Source: a virus
Reading direction: 5' to 3' (one strand)
Length of the DNA: 64,000 nt
IMG/VR virus record: IMGVR_UViG_3300031565_000014
Span: 8,773-72,772 of that record
This document shows, piece after piece, positions 29,701 through 38,909 of this stretch. The notes under the pieces were generated by a model. The model worked only from the letters and a program-made list of their open reading frames with translations. It ran no database searches and had not been told where the DNA came from. The translations under genes were made by a program, and so were the position numbers. Numbering within the stretch: position 1 is the stretch's first letter; every line of letters starts with the position of its first letter.

Positions 29701-32700
29701 TCTCCTGGTAGTAAATGTAAAAAATTATTATCTGCCTCTTCAGGAGAATTTTTATATTCTTCAAACATAGGTGTACCCATAACTTCATTTATAGGCATAG
29801 AATGTCTTAAATATTCTCTTTCTATTACAAAATTCTCATATTCTTGCTCGCTATTCTTACCTTCATGAGTAAAAGTAAATAAAGGTACAGGAGCTAACCC
29901 AAGTTTAAAATATTCAGATGCATTTGTAAAGTCTTTTCTTTTATATTGTTCTCTAATTTTATCCTTAGAAATATATAAAACTTTGTCAAGCACAGCAGCA
30001 CCATATTTTAAATTAGATATTTCTTTTTTAGTTAAACTTGTTTTAGTAGCTAAACTTTTATAAAAATCTTTAGATCTAGATTCTAATAAACTATTTTGTA
30101 ATAAATATTTAATTAAATTATTTCTGTAAGCTTCTACATATTTTGCTTGATTACCTTTACCAAAAGTTTCTCTAAGCGTTGTTTGAAACCCAGGATCAGA
30201 CGTAATAGACTTTATTTTATCATTTAAAGTTTTGTCATTTCTAAGAATTAACACTTGAGACCATAAATCTGATTGAAAGTCAGATATATTAAAAGTACCA
30301 ATAGGCGAACCTTCTAATAAACTATCTACAAATTCTTCAGCGTAGATTTTTCCTGTTCTTAAAGAAGGTATGTTTGCTTCTTTTTGGTGTATATCATATA
30401 ATGTTCTAGATACAGTTGTATCATAGTTCATATGTAACTTAAGTTGTGTTAAATCTTCTGCTATATTTTGTAATTCAATAAAATGTAGAAAAGCCCCAAA
30501 TGCGTCTTTTTTATCTTTTTCAGATAAACTTTCAACATTTATAGATACTAATGAAGAAGTTTTAATAGCATTTTCACCTATTAGCTCTTTACGTCTATCT
30601 TGTATTTGTTTTAAAAACTCAGTGTCATATGCTGGATTTTTAAGTTTTTCTGTTTTAAAGTTATCACTATCGTATTTTTTAAGTATATCATTTAATGCTT
30701 TAATTTTAGGATTACCTTGAGTAAAATTAGATCCTTCATGCGCTTCAACAAATAAAGATTCATAATAGTTTTGAGACTCTACGTATTCTTTTACATAAGG
30801 GTTAGAAACAAAATCAGCCGCTTTATCAAAAGGTACACCAGCCATAACTAACATAACTAATGTAGGTTCTACTTTCTTATTACCTTGTACATTAAAAATC
30901 CAAGCATCCTTTTCTATATCTACCCAACCATTAATTAATAAGTTAAGTATATAAAAAATATCTTCTCCTTCTGTATCTTTTAATCTAGATAAATCTATTC
31001 CTCCGTTTTTAGCAACGTTATGTGGTAACAATAAATTGAGAGCAATATCACTTTGCGTTTTAATAATTTCACCATCTTTATCTTTAGTATCTAACATCAT
31101 ATAAGGATTAAGGTGGAACCCTATTCTATTAAACTCAGATTTAAAAGTTAAATCAATAGCTGCTTGACCTAAAGTGGCCATTCCTTCATTATTTTTACGA
31201 TGCTTATCTAAATTATAACTGGAGAGCAATATCTGAAATGCATGTATTCCTTTTTTAGCGTGATCTTGGTCTATTAAACTTTGAGAGGAGTTATAGCTCA
31301 TAAATTTACCTAATTCATTAGCCTTATTTTTAACAGTATCACCATCAATAGAGGTAATTAAATTTGCAAAATTATCAGGTTTAAGTAGTATATCAGTTAA
31401 AACATCTACTAAACTTGTTTGGATAGCTGCTGCTGAAGAATTAGCTAGATTAAGTTTAACTTTATTAATTTCTTCTTTAGTATTTGCTATATCTTCTTTT
31501 ATTTTTTGAGTCTTTTCAGTAGCGTCAAGTTCAAATAATTCATTTCTATCACTAAGTAGATTAGTAATATGGTCATTAAGTTTTTCTATATTATTTTCTA
31601 CATAGGCTATTTCGTCATTAACATTTTCTGTAACACTTCTAAGTTTTAATAACTCAAGCTCTTCTTTAGCTAATTTAACTTTACTGTTAAGATCACTTAT
31701 TGATTCTTTAAACTCATTATATATTTCAGATTTAGCTGCAATTACTTCAGGAGTAACTTCATTGTATAATGTTTCGTATAATTCTTTTTGCTTTTCTATT
31801 AACTCACTTAAATTATTTTTAAGAGATTGTGTACTATCTTTTATACTTTTATCATATTTATATTTATGTGTTTTACCGTCTAAGTTCATTAAACTTGGCA
31901 TCATTATAAACATTTTGTCAACGTCAAAATCTGAACCTGTTTTAGCTACTATTTCTGATGGTGCTATAATAATATTACCTGCATGTGTTGGTAAGAACTC
32001 AGCTATCTCCATTACATCCATAGAATTAAGACCTTGAGTTGGTATCCTTACGCCCACCATAGTAAGGATCTCTTTATTTTCAGAGATCCATTCTTTGTCT
32101 TCAATTAAAAGATTTAAAGCTTTAAGTGTAGATATATTTTCATCTTTTGCTTTCTTAAGAACATCAGCTCTAAGTAGTAAGTGCTTAAATTTACCTTGCA
32201 TTGAAATTTTTACCTGCATAGCTTTAGTTCCCGTTTTGGGATCATAGCTATAAAATTTAAGACCGTTAGTACCGTATTCTTCTTTTTCTGCCTTAGTAGC
32301 ATTTCTAGGCATGTCATTGTCAGTTAAAATACTAGATGACGCTTGAATAAGAGGTTCTCCTGCTACTTTAGGCTTAACTATACGCTTATTAGCTAAAGAT
32401 ACTAAAGCTGTTTCTATTTTCTCAGCAGAAGGTGAAAAAGATAAATCTACTTTTAAATTTCCATTTTTATCTACCTGTATAAATTCTAGCTCATTGTCTC
32501 CTAAGTCTCTTTCAGATAATTCAGTCTGTATAGCATTAGTAAGATTTTCTAAACCCTTTTTAGAAAATGTTTTAACACCATCTTCATTTGTAGTATACTC
32601 TAAACCTAATTCTTCTATTAAATCTTCTTTATTTTTAGCAACTAATGCATCAAGTAAACTTTGATATTTTTCTGCAAGAACTTTATTTTCTTCAGAGGTA

Positions 32701-35700
32701 CTATCACCCCCGTCAAACATACCAATAGTGACTAACTTACGCATTTGAGTAGGTAAAGTAGTTTTACCTTTGTATTTTTCATTTACGTCTGTTTGATCTT
32801 TTAGATATGCTAAAAATATTTCATTAACTGTAAAGGGTAAAGTCTCTTTTAATTCTCTTGAATTATCAAAATCTTTATATATTACATCAGGTTTTCCGTT
32901 GGAAGTAACTGAGTTTATTTTAGAAGCAGATTCAAATATAGTATAATCTATACCTTGCTCCATCATTTGATCATGAAGTTTGTCAGCATTTTCACCAAAC
33001 ACTCCAGGAATTAATGGCAGTAAACTATATTTATGAAATGCTTGCAATGATATAGATCTATTTGAAGCTGGGTCTAAGTTATTAGCTAATGGCCCATAAT
33101 ATTGATACTTTCTTGGAGGAAAATATTTAACTACATCGTCAGTGTTTATATCTTCTTTATTAACTATTTTTTGAAATAACGTTTCTTGTTTATTCCAGTC
33201 CCACTTACCGCTAATAATAGATAATGTTCTATATGTATCTAATGACATATACCCCTGAGCATCTCCCTCAGTCATTTTCAAATAAGCTTCTAATCTTCTT
33301 TCTGTATCAACTTTGCTATAACCAAAATCTTCAGTTAAAGTTTTAAACATGGCGTCATAAGCTGTAGATCTTACGTTGTTATCAGCTATTACAGATGTTC
33401 TAAGCTTACCGTCCCAAGAAGTAGATTTAGTAAATCCTTTAGATTCTGCTAAAGGTCTACCTACACTAGTATTTACAAACTCATTCGTACTTACATCATT
33501 GGAAAATTGTACACCTCCTGAAGCTATAGCTCCAATACGTTTATGAAAATCTTCTTTAGCCATATTAAACTGAGCAGGATCACCATATAATAACCCGAGC
33601 ATGTCTAAATTTCTTAAAACATAATTATAAGAAAATGCTTTAACTGCTAAATTTTTAGCTACATGACCTTTAGCCCCAGTTCTTAGCTCTATTTTTTGTC
33701 GTAAATTATCAGAAATATAAGGCATTTTATTAAAATCATTCATGTCAAGATCTACAGCCTTAGACATAAATAATGATAAATCATTATAAATCATATCTCT
33801 AATAGCAGCTAATTCGCTATTATCTAAAACACCACTATTCATAGATTGCTCTAATGTTACAATCTCTGTTGATGGATCACTAATATTATAATAATTTTTT
33901 ATAGTTTCTTTTGTCTCATCGCTAAGTATTTTATCAAATAAAACAAAGTCTTTACCATTCTCATAAAAATTACTTGAATTACTAATATTACTGTAAGGAC
34001 TATCTTTTTTATTAAACTCAATCATTCTAGCTATTTCAGCATCTATAAAAGGAATAACCATTGCTGTAAATTGCTCATTAGCTATACTTAAGTTAGCTTC
34101 TTTAAAGTTTTCTAAGTCTATATATAAATATTTATCTTGATTACTATCATTAACATTTCTTATTACAACAGCTGTAGCAGTAGATTTAGTACCATAACGC
34201 ATTTGTTCAGATGCCCCTTTTAATAGAAGGTAATTCATGTTTTCTATTAATTTGTCACCTTGTGTTAATTTATTAGTTTTTTCACCGTTCTCATGGACAG
34301 ACTCAGCAGTATTTGAAACGCCTAATAATTCTTTACTTTCTATGCTACTATCTTTTCTTCTTTTACCGCTAGTATCAAACATAGCTCGTTTAGTCATACT
34401 AGCTGAAGCCCAAGCATAGTCTGGTCCTAAATGATGTAATTCTTCAATAGTATCTACAGTTTGATGCTTACCATTAAGTTGGTCAACATGTTCTACACTA
34501 TTTAGTAAATTAATCATTACTGTCTGTGTAGAGAAAGTTTTATTAGTATAAACAGGATTATTACTAGCATCAGGCACCATAGCCACACTTACTGTAGGTG
34601 AGTTTTTTGCTATGATTTTTGCTATACTTTTTAAATGCTTATTATCATCACTAAATATTTCACTTAATGACCTATACATTTTAGGTTCATAGTCAGTACC
34701 TTCTTTTTCAGCCTTTTCTTTTTTCTTTAAATTATTTTCATGAGACTTAACTAAAGACCGTAATAAAAAATTTAAATTTAGTTTTGAATCCCCTTTTCCT
34801 TGAGTAGCTTCTCTTAACTCTTTAGCTAGTTCACTATTATAACCTATATCTGATAAGTCAAAACCTATATCTGTAAGAAATCCTACTATTCTAGTGCCCT
34901 CTATAAAATCTACTTTATGTTCACCGTGTTGTGGACTGAACTTTCTATATTTATCATAAATAGCTTCAAGATCTAAAATATTCCCATATCTAGGATCTTT
35001 AATAATCATGTGTTTACTAGGATCTGCTGTTTTAAATGCGTTATCAAGATTATTTACAGTTTTATCTACAATAGCATCATTATGTTTATGTATTAAATCA
35101 TGTGTAACTATTCCATCATCATTTTTGTGTTTTCTATTTAAAGTGACTGAAACAGGTGTTGAATTTAAACCAAAAGACTTATGGAATTCAAACCATGTAG
35201 CAGCTGTACTAATATTAATATCTTTAGTATTTCCTAATCTAGCTAGCAATATATTAACTATATTACTATATGGTTTAGTAGATTTAGCATAAGAATCTAA
35301 AACTTCATACATGGCATCAATACCTCTTGTATCTGTAAGTAAGTTAGTTAATAAAGTACTTACTTGAAAACTATCTGCAAGCATAGGTACACCAAATCTA
35401 TCTAATCTAAAGTTTCCTTCTGAGTCTACAAAAGGTAGTGTAGACATTAAATAGTCTATTATGTCTGTTCTATAATTACTTGGGTCTACATTAGACTTAC
35501 TAAGTAACTCTACTCCAAGGTCTTTATCGGCAACTTCTTCATCAATATTTTCAGCTAATTTTTCTTTTTTAGATTCTTTTGATGATATATTATTACCAAA
35601 TATAGAATTAGCAAGATGATGATCAGCTATTAATTTAAAATTATTTAATACTTGTTCAAAAATTTCTTGTGTTCTACCTGTAGCATCTTCCGGGTAGTTT

Positions 35701-38700
35701 TTGTTATTATATTTATCTAATAAACTATTATAAGCATTAGCATAAGCGTTATTTCTTATTGCACTACTTTTGAAAAACTGAGTAGTAAACTTATTAGTGT
35801 CGTTCATCTTATTTTTTAAGTCAAGATATTCAGACATCATAGAGTCAAACATTGACATTACTTGTTTAGTTTCATCTTTACTAAGATTAATATTAGCACT
35901 TGATGGTGCTATTATTTTACCTTTGTTGAGTTTACCAAACATCATGTTACTAACACTAGCATTATATTCGTTTAAATTACCAACTCTAAGTTTATCATAA
36001 AGTTCTTTAACAGAATTTTGTGTGTTAATGGTGCTATAGTCTATTGCTTTAGTCCCTTTAAAAAAGTTTTTTAAGAAGTTTAAAATTCTTTTAAATATAT
36101 TATTAGTTGCAGTTCTACCTTTAAAGACTTTAGTACCATCTGATAACATGTAAGATCTAAAATCTTCAGCTAAGAATTCTTCTATTTCTAAATAACTAGC
36201 ATCTTTAAATTTAACTTGTTGTCCATTATGATTAGTAAAACTACCGGATAACTTACTTACTTCATTGTATAATTTAGTTTTATCTCCAACAGTTAAAAAT
36301 AATTGAGAAAAAGCATGCCATGATTCATGATATAAATCTGTAAAATTACTTCCATTAAATAATGTTATTCCAGCAGAGCTAAATGTAGCGTATGCGTCAG
36401 AATTAACTATATTAAATGCTTGTTTGTAACCTAGTAGTTTATTAATATCTGAAGATTCATACCATTTTTGAGCCTTCTCTATTTGTTCTTTAGTTACACC
36501 TGAGTCTAATTTTTTAGATCTCATTAATTCATCAGGGTCTACTTCCGTCTCTGTAAAAGGGTTAGGTGTAAATTTAGTTTTAGCTTTAACTTCATTAGTT
36601 TGTTGTGTTGGTTTAGATAACTCTCCCCCTTTATATGGAGCAACTCTATTCTTCTTTTTTAATTCCGTTGCTATAAGTTCTAATAATTGTTTTTTCGCAA
36701 CACTCATGGAAGCTCCCATACCTCTAAGCATATCTTCAACACCTTTTTCTCCAGCTTCTTTTAATCTTTTTCTTTCAGCATTAAGTATATCTAATTTCTT
36801 TTTATAATCAGCATATTCAGCAGTTTTACTTAAATCTACTGATATTGGATAGAAAGTTTTACCGTCTACATCATCTATAGACAATTCTATTACTCCATTA
36901 TTATCTTTTCTAATAGTATTTTGGTGTGTATTAAAGACTATGCTTTTTCCTCCTTTTGATATATCAGCTTGTTTATAACTTTTACCATAGCCTGACATGT
37001 CTATTGGAGAATATATTATTTCAACCTCATTAGTTTGTTGTGCTGTCGAAGTCGTTAGAATAGGGCCTGCAGTAGTACCATAAGGAGTTGTCTGGGTCAT
37101 AGTACCCGCAGTCTCATTTATTTCTTTAGTTTCTTCTTGAATAGCTTGATCTGAAGGAGTAAATTTAAAATATGGGTGTTTTCTAAAAATAACCTTTTTA
37201 CCCTTATAATTAAGTGTTTCATTAGTAGTATAAGCGTTTTGAATTATGAAGTCATCATAACTCATTGTTTCCATAGTTATCTCGTTATTTTCTACTTTAA
37301 TAGGAGCACTAATATTTTTCCCTATAAAACTACTTAATATATTAATTCTATTTTTTTGATTTTTAGTTACCCCGTCTACTACTTCCCCATCACCTAAAGG
37401 AGAATTAAAAAAACTATCTTTCAAGTATTCAGGTGTAACATTAATTTCAGCAACATTTTTGCCTTTAACATTAGTGACTAGTCTAATGTTTGTAGGAAGA
37501 ACTTCTTTTGAATTATAGTCGTATTTAAAATATAATTGATCACCAACTAATGTAGTTAATATCTCATGTCTTTCTTTTGCATTAAGTACTTTGTTTTTAC
37601 CTAATTTTCTTGGATTAGAAAGAGCTGGGTTAAAAAGTAATTCTGAAATTATATTTTGTTGAGCTTGTGTAAGTTTATTTTGTCTTACGGTAATATTATC
37701 TTGCTTATTAGGATTAGTTAACGTAATCTGGTAAACACCACGTTTAACTTCTGTAAGAGCATATCCTTGATATGTTTCAGAAAAATCAACATCCTTAAGT
37801 TGTGTTTTACTTTTTTCTCCTAAGTTTACTATAGGAAATCCTTCACTTAAATATTCTATGTCTAGTAAAATAGCTTTACCGGACTCTAAAAGCTTATTTT
37901 GGAGCTCTACAAGCTTGTTATATTCATCTTGTATATATTTAGATGCTTCTTTACTATTTATCTTCTTAGAATGCGCTATTTCTTTTGGCGTTTGTATAGT
38001 AGATGCTCTTTGTCTAACACCATCAACTATTACGTCAAATTCTTTACCTTCTTTTATTTCTTTTTTTAATGAAGTATGTGTCCAGTTACCGTCGGTATCT
38101 TTAACAGGTTTTCTTGTTTTAAAATAAATAGCCTTGTAGCCTTCTTTTTTTTCTTTTGAAATATTGTAGTTTTCATCAAAATATAAAGTATTACCTTCAT
38201 TATCTGTAACTACTACATTTGCTGCTTTATTAAATTCTTCAGGATTCTTTTCTTTAAAGTCTTTATCTTGCTCATAAAGATCATTACTTTTTTCAAGTTC
38301 TTCTGATGTTACCATCTTTAATCTGAAACCTGTATGACCATTATAAGTTAATGTTGTAAAATCAGGATTACCTGGGAATTCAGAACTAAGCTTTCTTAAT
38401 AAACCATAAGCGTAAAATCCTTCACTATTTACATTGCCATATGAAGCTTCCCAAAAGTAAGTAACATTAGGTGTTTCAGGTCTATCAGAAGCTTTAGTAA
38501 CTTCTTTAGGTGGTTCAACTGCTTCAACTCTTTTATTAGTTGGTACAGCTGCATCTATCTTACTTCTATTAACAGCAATTTGTACTGGAGTTAATGTAGA
38601 CTCTAAGTACTCTACTATTTTAGTAGGATCTTGAAATAAAGTAGCTGTTTCACTAATCTCATTAAAGTTATCTTTAAAATAAGATAGAAACTCACTATCA

Positions 38701-38909
38701 TCAACCATTGCTTGAAGAGCATACATAGGCATAATATGTACAGCTTCTAAGGCAAGTTCATGACCTACTTCTTCTGCTAAACTATTATACTGATTTTGTA
38801 ATAAACTCTTTAAGTTTAAGAGTTGATTATTATCAACTAAAGTTTGTAATTCTTTATACACACTAGCGTATACGTATTCTAAAGCTTCATCTCCTAATGC
38901 ACAAATCAT
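26784..38909 (-). CDS. Virion-packaged single-chain two-barrel RNA polymerase (crAss-like) with accessory domains (4041 aa)
   Basis: RIPTQGLNSM...KTGSDFDVDK catalytic loop (~31915-31940), DAQGY, TQMRK, NGWVD..KD motifs; several HExxH modules. Confidence 0.9.
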   Translation of the reverse strand: MICALGDEALEYVYASVYKELQTLVDNNQLLNLKSLLQNQYNSLAEEVGHELALEAVHIMPMYALQAMVDDSEFLSYFKDNFNEISETATLFQDPTKIVEYLESTLTPVQIAVNRSKIDAAVPTNKRVEAVEPPKEVTKASDRPETPNVTYFWEASYGNVNSEGFYAYGLLRKLSSEFPGNPDFTTLTYNGHTGFRLKMVTSEELEKSNDLYEQDKDFKEKNPEEFNKAANVVVTDNEGNTLYFDENYNISKEKKEGYKAIYFKTRKPVKDTDGNWTHTSLKKEIKEGKEFDVIVDGVRQRASTIQTPKEIAHSKKINSKEASKYIQDEYNKLVELQNKLLESGKAILLDIEYLSEGFPIVNLGEKSKTQLKDVDFSETYQGYALTEVKRGVYQITLTNPNKQDNITVRQNKLTQAQQNIISELLFNPALSNPRKLGKNKVLNAKERHEILTTLVGDQLYFKYDYNSKEVLPTNIRLVTNVKGKNVAEINVTPEYLKDSFFNSPLGDGEVVDGVTKNQKNRINILSSFIGKNISAPIKVENNEITMETMSYDDFIIQNAYTTNETLNYKGKKVIFRKHPYFKFTPSDQAIQEETKEINETAGTMTQTTPYGTTAGPILTTSTAQQTNEVEIIYSPIDMSGYGKSYKQADISKGGKSIVFNTHQNTIRKDNNGVIELSIDDVDGKTFYPISVDLSKTAEYADYKKKLDILNAERKRLKEAGEKGVEDMLRGMGASMSVAKKQLLELIATELKKKNRVAPYKGGELSKPTQQTNEVKAKTKFTPNPFTETEVDPDELMRSKKLDSGVTKEQIEKAQKWYESSDINKLLGYKQAFNIVNSDAYATFSSAGITLFNGSNFTDLYHESWHAFSQLFLTVGDKTKLYNEVSKLSGSFTNHNGQQVKFKDASYLEIEEFLAEDFRSYMLSDGTKVFKGRTATNNIFKRILNFLKNFFKGTKAIDYSTINTQNSVKELYDKLRVGNLNEYNASVSNMMFGKLNKGKIIAPSSANINLSKDETKQVMSMFDSMMSEYLDLKNKMNDTNKFTTQFFKSSAIRNNAYANAYNSLLDKYNNKNYPEDATGRTQEIFEQVLNNFKLIADHHLANSIFGNNISSKESKKEKLAENIDEEVADKDLGVELLSKSNVDPSNYRTDIIDYLMSTLPFVDSEGNFRLDRFGVPMLADSFQVSTLLTNLLTDTRGIDAMYEVLDSYAKSTKPYSNIVNILLARLGNTKDINISTAATWFEFHKSFGLNSTPVSVTLNRKHKNDDGIVTHDLIHKHNDAIVDKTVNNLDNAFKTADPSKHMIIKDPRYGNILDLEAIYDKYRKFSPQHGEHKVDFIEGTRIVGFLTDIGFDLSDIGYNSELAKELREATQGKGDSKLNLNFLLRSLVKSHENNLKKKEKAEKEGTDYEPKMYRSLSEIFSDDNKHLKSIAKIIAKNSPTVSVAMVPDASNNPVYTNKTFSTQTVMINLLNSVEHVDQLNGKHQTVDTIEELHHLGPDYAWASASMTKRAMFDTSGKRRKDSSIESKELLGVSNTAESVHENGEKTNKLTQGDKLIENMNYLLLKGASEQMRYGTKSTATAVVIRNVNDSNQDKYLYIDLENFKEANLSIANEQFTAMVIPFIDAEIARMIEFNKKDSPYSNISNSSNFYENGKDFVLFDKILSDETKETIKNYYNISDPSTEIVTLEQSMNSGVLDNSELAAIRDMIYNDLSLFMSKAVDLDMNDFNKMPYISDNLRQKIELRTGAKGHVAKNLAVKAFSYNYVLRNLDMLGLLYGDPAQFNMAKEDFHKRIGAIASGGVQFSNDVSTNEFVNTSVGRPLAESKGFTKSTSWDGKLRTSVIADNNVRSTAYDAMFKTLTEDFGYSKVDTERRLEAYLKMTEGDAQGYMSLDTYRTLSIISGKWDWNKQETLFQKIVNKEDINTDDVVKYFPPRKYQYYGPLANNLDPASNRSISLQAFHKYSLLPLIPGVFGENADKLHDQMMEQGIDYTIFESASKINSVTSNGKPDVIYKDFDNSRELKETLPFTVNEIFLAYLKDQTDVNEKYKGKTTLPTQMRKLVTIGMFDGGDSTSEENKVLAEKYQSLLDALVAKNKEDLIEELGLEYTTNEDGVKTFSKKGLENLTNAIQTELSERDLGDNELEFIQVDKNGNLKVDLSFSPSAEKIETALVSLANKRIVKPKVAGEPLIQASSSILTDNDMPRNATKAEKEEYGTNGLKFYSYDPKTGTKAMQVKISMQGKFKHLLLRADVLKKAKDENISTLKALNLLIEDKEWISENKEILTMVGVRIPTQGLNSMDVMEIAEFLPTHAGNIIIAPSEIVAKTGSDFDVDKMFIMMPSLMNLDGKTHKYKYDKSIKDSTQSLKNNLSELIEKQKELYETLYNEVTPEVIAAKSEIYNEFKESISDLNSKVKLAKEELELLKLRSVTENVNDEIAYVENNIEKLNDHITNLLSDRNELFELDATEKTQKIKEDIANTKEEINKVKLNLANSSAAAIQTSLVDVLTDILLKPDNFANLITSIDGDTVKNKANELGKFMSYNSSQSLIDQDHAKKGIHAFQILLSSYNLDKHRKNNEGMATLGQAAIDLTFKSEFNRIGFHLNPYMMLDTKDKDGEIIKTQSDIALNLLLPHNVAKNGGIDLSRLKDTEGEDIFYILNLLINGWVDIEKDAWIFNVQGNKKVEPTLVMLVMAGVPFDKAADFVSNPYVKEYVESQNYYESLFVEAHEGSNFTQGNPKIKALNDILKKYDSDNFKTEKLKNPAYDTEFLKQIQDRRKELIGENAIKTSSLVSINVESLSEKDKKDAFGAFLHFIELQNIAEDLTQLKLHMNYDTTVSRTLYDIHQKEANIPSLRTGKIYAEEFVDSLLEGSPIGTFNISDFQSDLWSQVLILRNDKTLNDKIKSITSDPGFQTTLRETFGKGNQAKYVEAYRNNLIKYLLQNSLLESRSKDFYKSLATKTSLTKKEISNLKYGAAVLDKVLYISKDKIREQYKRKDFTNASEYFKLGLAPVPLFTFTHEGKNSEQEYENFVIEREYLRHSMPINEVMGTPMFEEYKNSPEEADNNFLHLLPGDNIENKINLLTYERIIRDMALSNIFNINSLFSSKTNTVADQFLRITKMYPELAEEYAVFTQFKELPTLNSDVKNIGPITSKPKGELVERVSENIKELQNHKDIFVRDFFTKLPMYAFLQSGHNTKSMNSILRYMPQGDFVQMLSNQINDVKVTTKILNSYTAKFNKVNRVDNKIRYKIQDYTVPNEKDDHISQINVIEISAYKGVPVKYSNNIRSKQNTRIAAKYSEGVILLDKELLLEGFSKKAWTSPRNLFETIHGEKINSKADALAPDTFTTYEEWQNFVIEHEYQHTLYTRKDFDNEFPGSTLGHYESVINQRALEALSTAEVESIPTTLVEDNNNYTVVPLAVENAFQIVRPDFTEEVENSVPKAELFESTPELANEVYEAAGFKSNLPSVLDYKIGKIYNTQGKEIFAGVVDGQVYINKELLDKYSNKEVLDNQLPILNTVLKNLNVYDRLVNGSKEQLVRFLVEHEKAHLDFEREGRKFKNEEVEEVYANGKALITIGILKSKDFDISGSNEAVIRLSKYFPTKEEYIDDMVELVAKAMDNATVDLSTITGYEVDVFKGSLWGKKLQTSSMDNFFFLQGKDGYPKNKGELKEAISKDIARNIPRSIKEKYWKEILKSLPDDEKALLSNWAYYNNIKFYTSQYGKPYFDFNKEKYPELNKEDKEKYTNWDSFISGIIGSFTGAGSDLWFANNLLADEEGSIIDWYKNLTPEKLDENIKNLSRAMAFKSMVVSSFERGSSISALDQNARKVESIKEAYYEIKQRTEVSPPQLTSTSLSQEITPQQKQEAQEKFQEYVNATGRQDIEGFKDFVNKPKQQATEVDKVTDEQIIKNNQSTTFVTEEATSFNNTYPMHIKNMGESLGEENFDYNKTLIDNIVSDLKELTEKGNPVSFFENYGVSLKNSAPKTYKYLNEQLAENFRLSNDPSNETKEVMPNILPREISDEVIQKGIQNEIQDAMDSLNNCKK
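36588..37042 (-). repeat. 20-bp direct repeats (19/20 identical) flanking an in-frame 435-bp segment
   Basis: aacttcattagtttgttgtg at 36588 and aacctcattagtttgttgtg at 37023; both encode QQTNEV. Confidence 0.8.

Noticed and set aside
16274-38909. Introns or inteins in PolB or the RNAP
   Set aside because: PolB motifs are contiguous at normal length. RNAP inserts lack intein C/S...HN termini and LAGLIDADG motifs, and there is no internal Cys.
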